A DNA stretch of 35,263 bases from a virus (Duplodnaviria > Caudoviricetes), in IMG/VR virus record IMGVR_UViG_3300027373_000012, positions 1 through 35,263 of that record; one strand, 5' to 3'. The position numbers were made by a program, and so were the translations under genes. Numbering within the stretch: position 1 is the stretch's first letter; each line of letters starts with the position of its first letter. The notes beneath the pieces were generated by a model. It saw only the letters and a list, made by a program, of their open reading frames with translations, ran no database searches and was not told the origin of the DNA. Of this stretch, positions 34,593 to 35,263 are shown one piece after another.

Positions 34593-34988
34593 ATGATGCA
34601 CCCTTTAGGTAAACCACGATTGGGCGGACTAACTGTGAGCGAGTTACGGACCATACTCAAAGTTTTGCATTGTATGCGTGAGGTTGATAACACAATGCCA
34701 GTGAGACATCTGGAGGCACTGCTTTACGTGTATGACAAAACTGACCAATTTAATGGTGTATCATTAAGTCAGATCAGTCAGGCCATAGACCTGAGTTCAG
34801 CTGCCACTTCACGTATTATAGATAAGCTGTCTAATGGTTGGTTAAATCCAGCTACATCCAGAATAGTGGGAGGTCACAAACTCTTAACAAAGTCCATATC
34901 ACATACAGATGAGCGAACCCTTGAGATTAAACTTACAGACAAGGGGCGGGAGCTGATGGGTAAAATTGAAACACTGCTGGCGGGGTGA
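34593..34988 (+). CDS. MarR-family winged-helix transcriptional regulator
   Basis: LEALLYV, GVSLSQISQAIDLSSAATSRIIDKL (HTH), DERTLEIKLTDKGRELM (MarR wing, DxR...LTxKG); RBS AAGGAGG. Confidence 0.85.
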   Translation: MMHPLGKPRLGGLTVSELRTILKVLHCMREVDNTMPVRHLEALLYVYDKTDQFNGVSLSQISQAIDLSSAATSRIIDKLSNGWLNPATSRIVGGHKLLTKSISHTDERTLEIKLTDKGRELMGKIETLLAG

Positions 34989-34991
34989 CCT

Positions 34992-35263
34992 ATGGCTAAA
35001 CATAGAGTTACCACTACAGGCGTGGCTAATCTGTACCGTAGGGGCACCTCCAGAGTCTTGTACATGAAGTTTTATTTCATGGGTAGGCTAGTGCATAGGT
35101 CCACTGGTACAGATGACCCTGAGTTGGCACAATTAGCGATACAGCAGGCCCAACGTGAGATCTACAAGGAGGTGATGACCGCTGATACCCCAAAAGTATC
35201 ACAGATAACACTCTCCAAGGCTGTCCAGGAGGTGTATACCGAACGGTGGCAGACCAATACAGC
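34992..35263 (+). CDS. Probable tyrosine integrase, N-terminal part (3'-truncated)
   Basis: MAKHRVTTTGVANLYRRGTSRVLYMKFYFMGRLVHRSTGTDDPELAQLAIQQ...ITLSKAVQEVYTERW resembles arm-binding N-termini (LYxRG...RxSTGTxD...A) of phage integrases; open to the window edge; catalytic residues not visible. Confidence 0.65.
   Translation, partial: MAKHRVTTTGVANLYRRGTSRVLYMKFYFMGRLVHRSTGTDDPELAQLAIQQAQREIYKEVMTADTPKVSQITLSKAVQEVYTERWQTNT

Noticed and set aside
1-35263. tRNA genes or an alternative genetic code
   Set aside because: No cloverleaf with a T-loop consensus found in intergenic DNA; core genes are intact in the standard code and use all three stop codons.

Overview
A ~35 kb portion of a T7-like (Autographiviridae-type) podophage genome, almost entirely + strand, in permuted order: a truncated pentapeptide-repeat gene and small ORFs; the replication block (ssb gp2.5, endonuclease gp3, primase-helicase gp4, family A DNA polymerase gp5, dNMP kinase, exonuclease gp6, ATP-dependent ligase); the virion block (portal, scaffold, major capsid, tail tubes A/B, internal virion proteins gp13-16, amidase, tail fibre); lysis-type membrane genes; terminase; a non-coding genome-end/junction region; early genes; a MarR-like regulator; and the 5' end of a probable tyrosine integrase cut by the window edge. 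No RNA polymerase gene is in the window, but two 40-bp near-identical T7-style promoters are. The most unusual feature is a gene-free array of five full plus one half NrdR-box-like palindromes at 31650-31835, spaced 32/33/31/42/32 bp (whole helical turns), with no ribonucleotide reductase gene nearby. It could be a repressor-titrating decoy or a dNTP-sensing control element. Also notable: a three-copy operator around the early sigma70 promoter, a 20-codon methyltransferase relic, six long intergenic hairpins, and a candidate single-chain spanin-like protein with a beta-strand C-terminus. All calls come from reading the sequence by eye; no searches were run.
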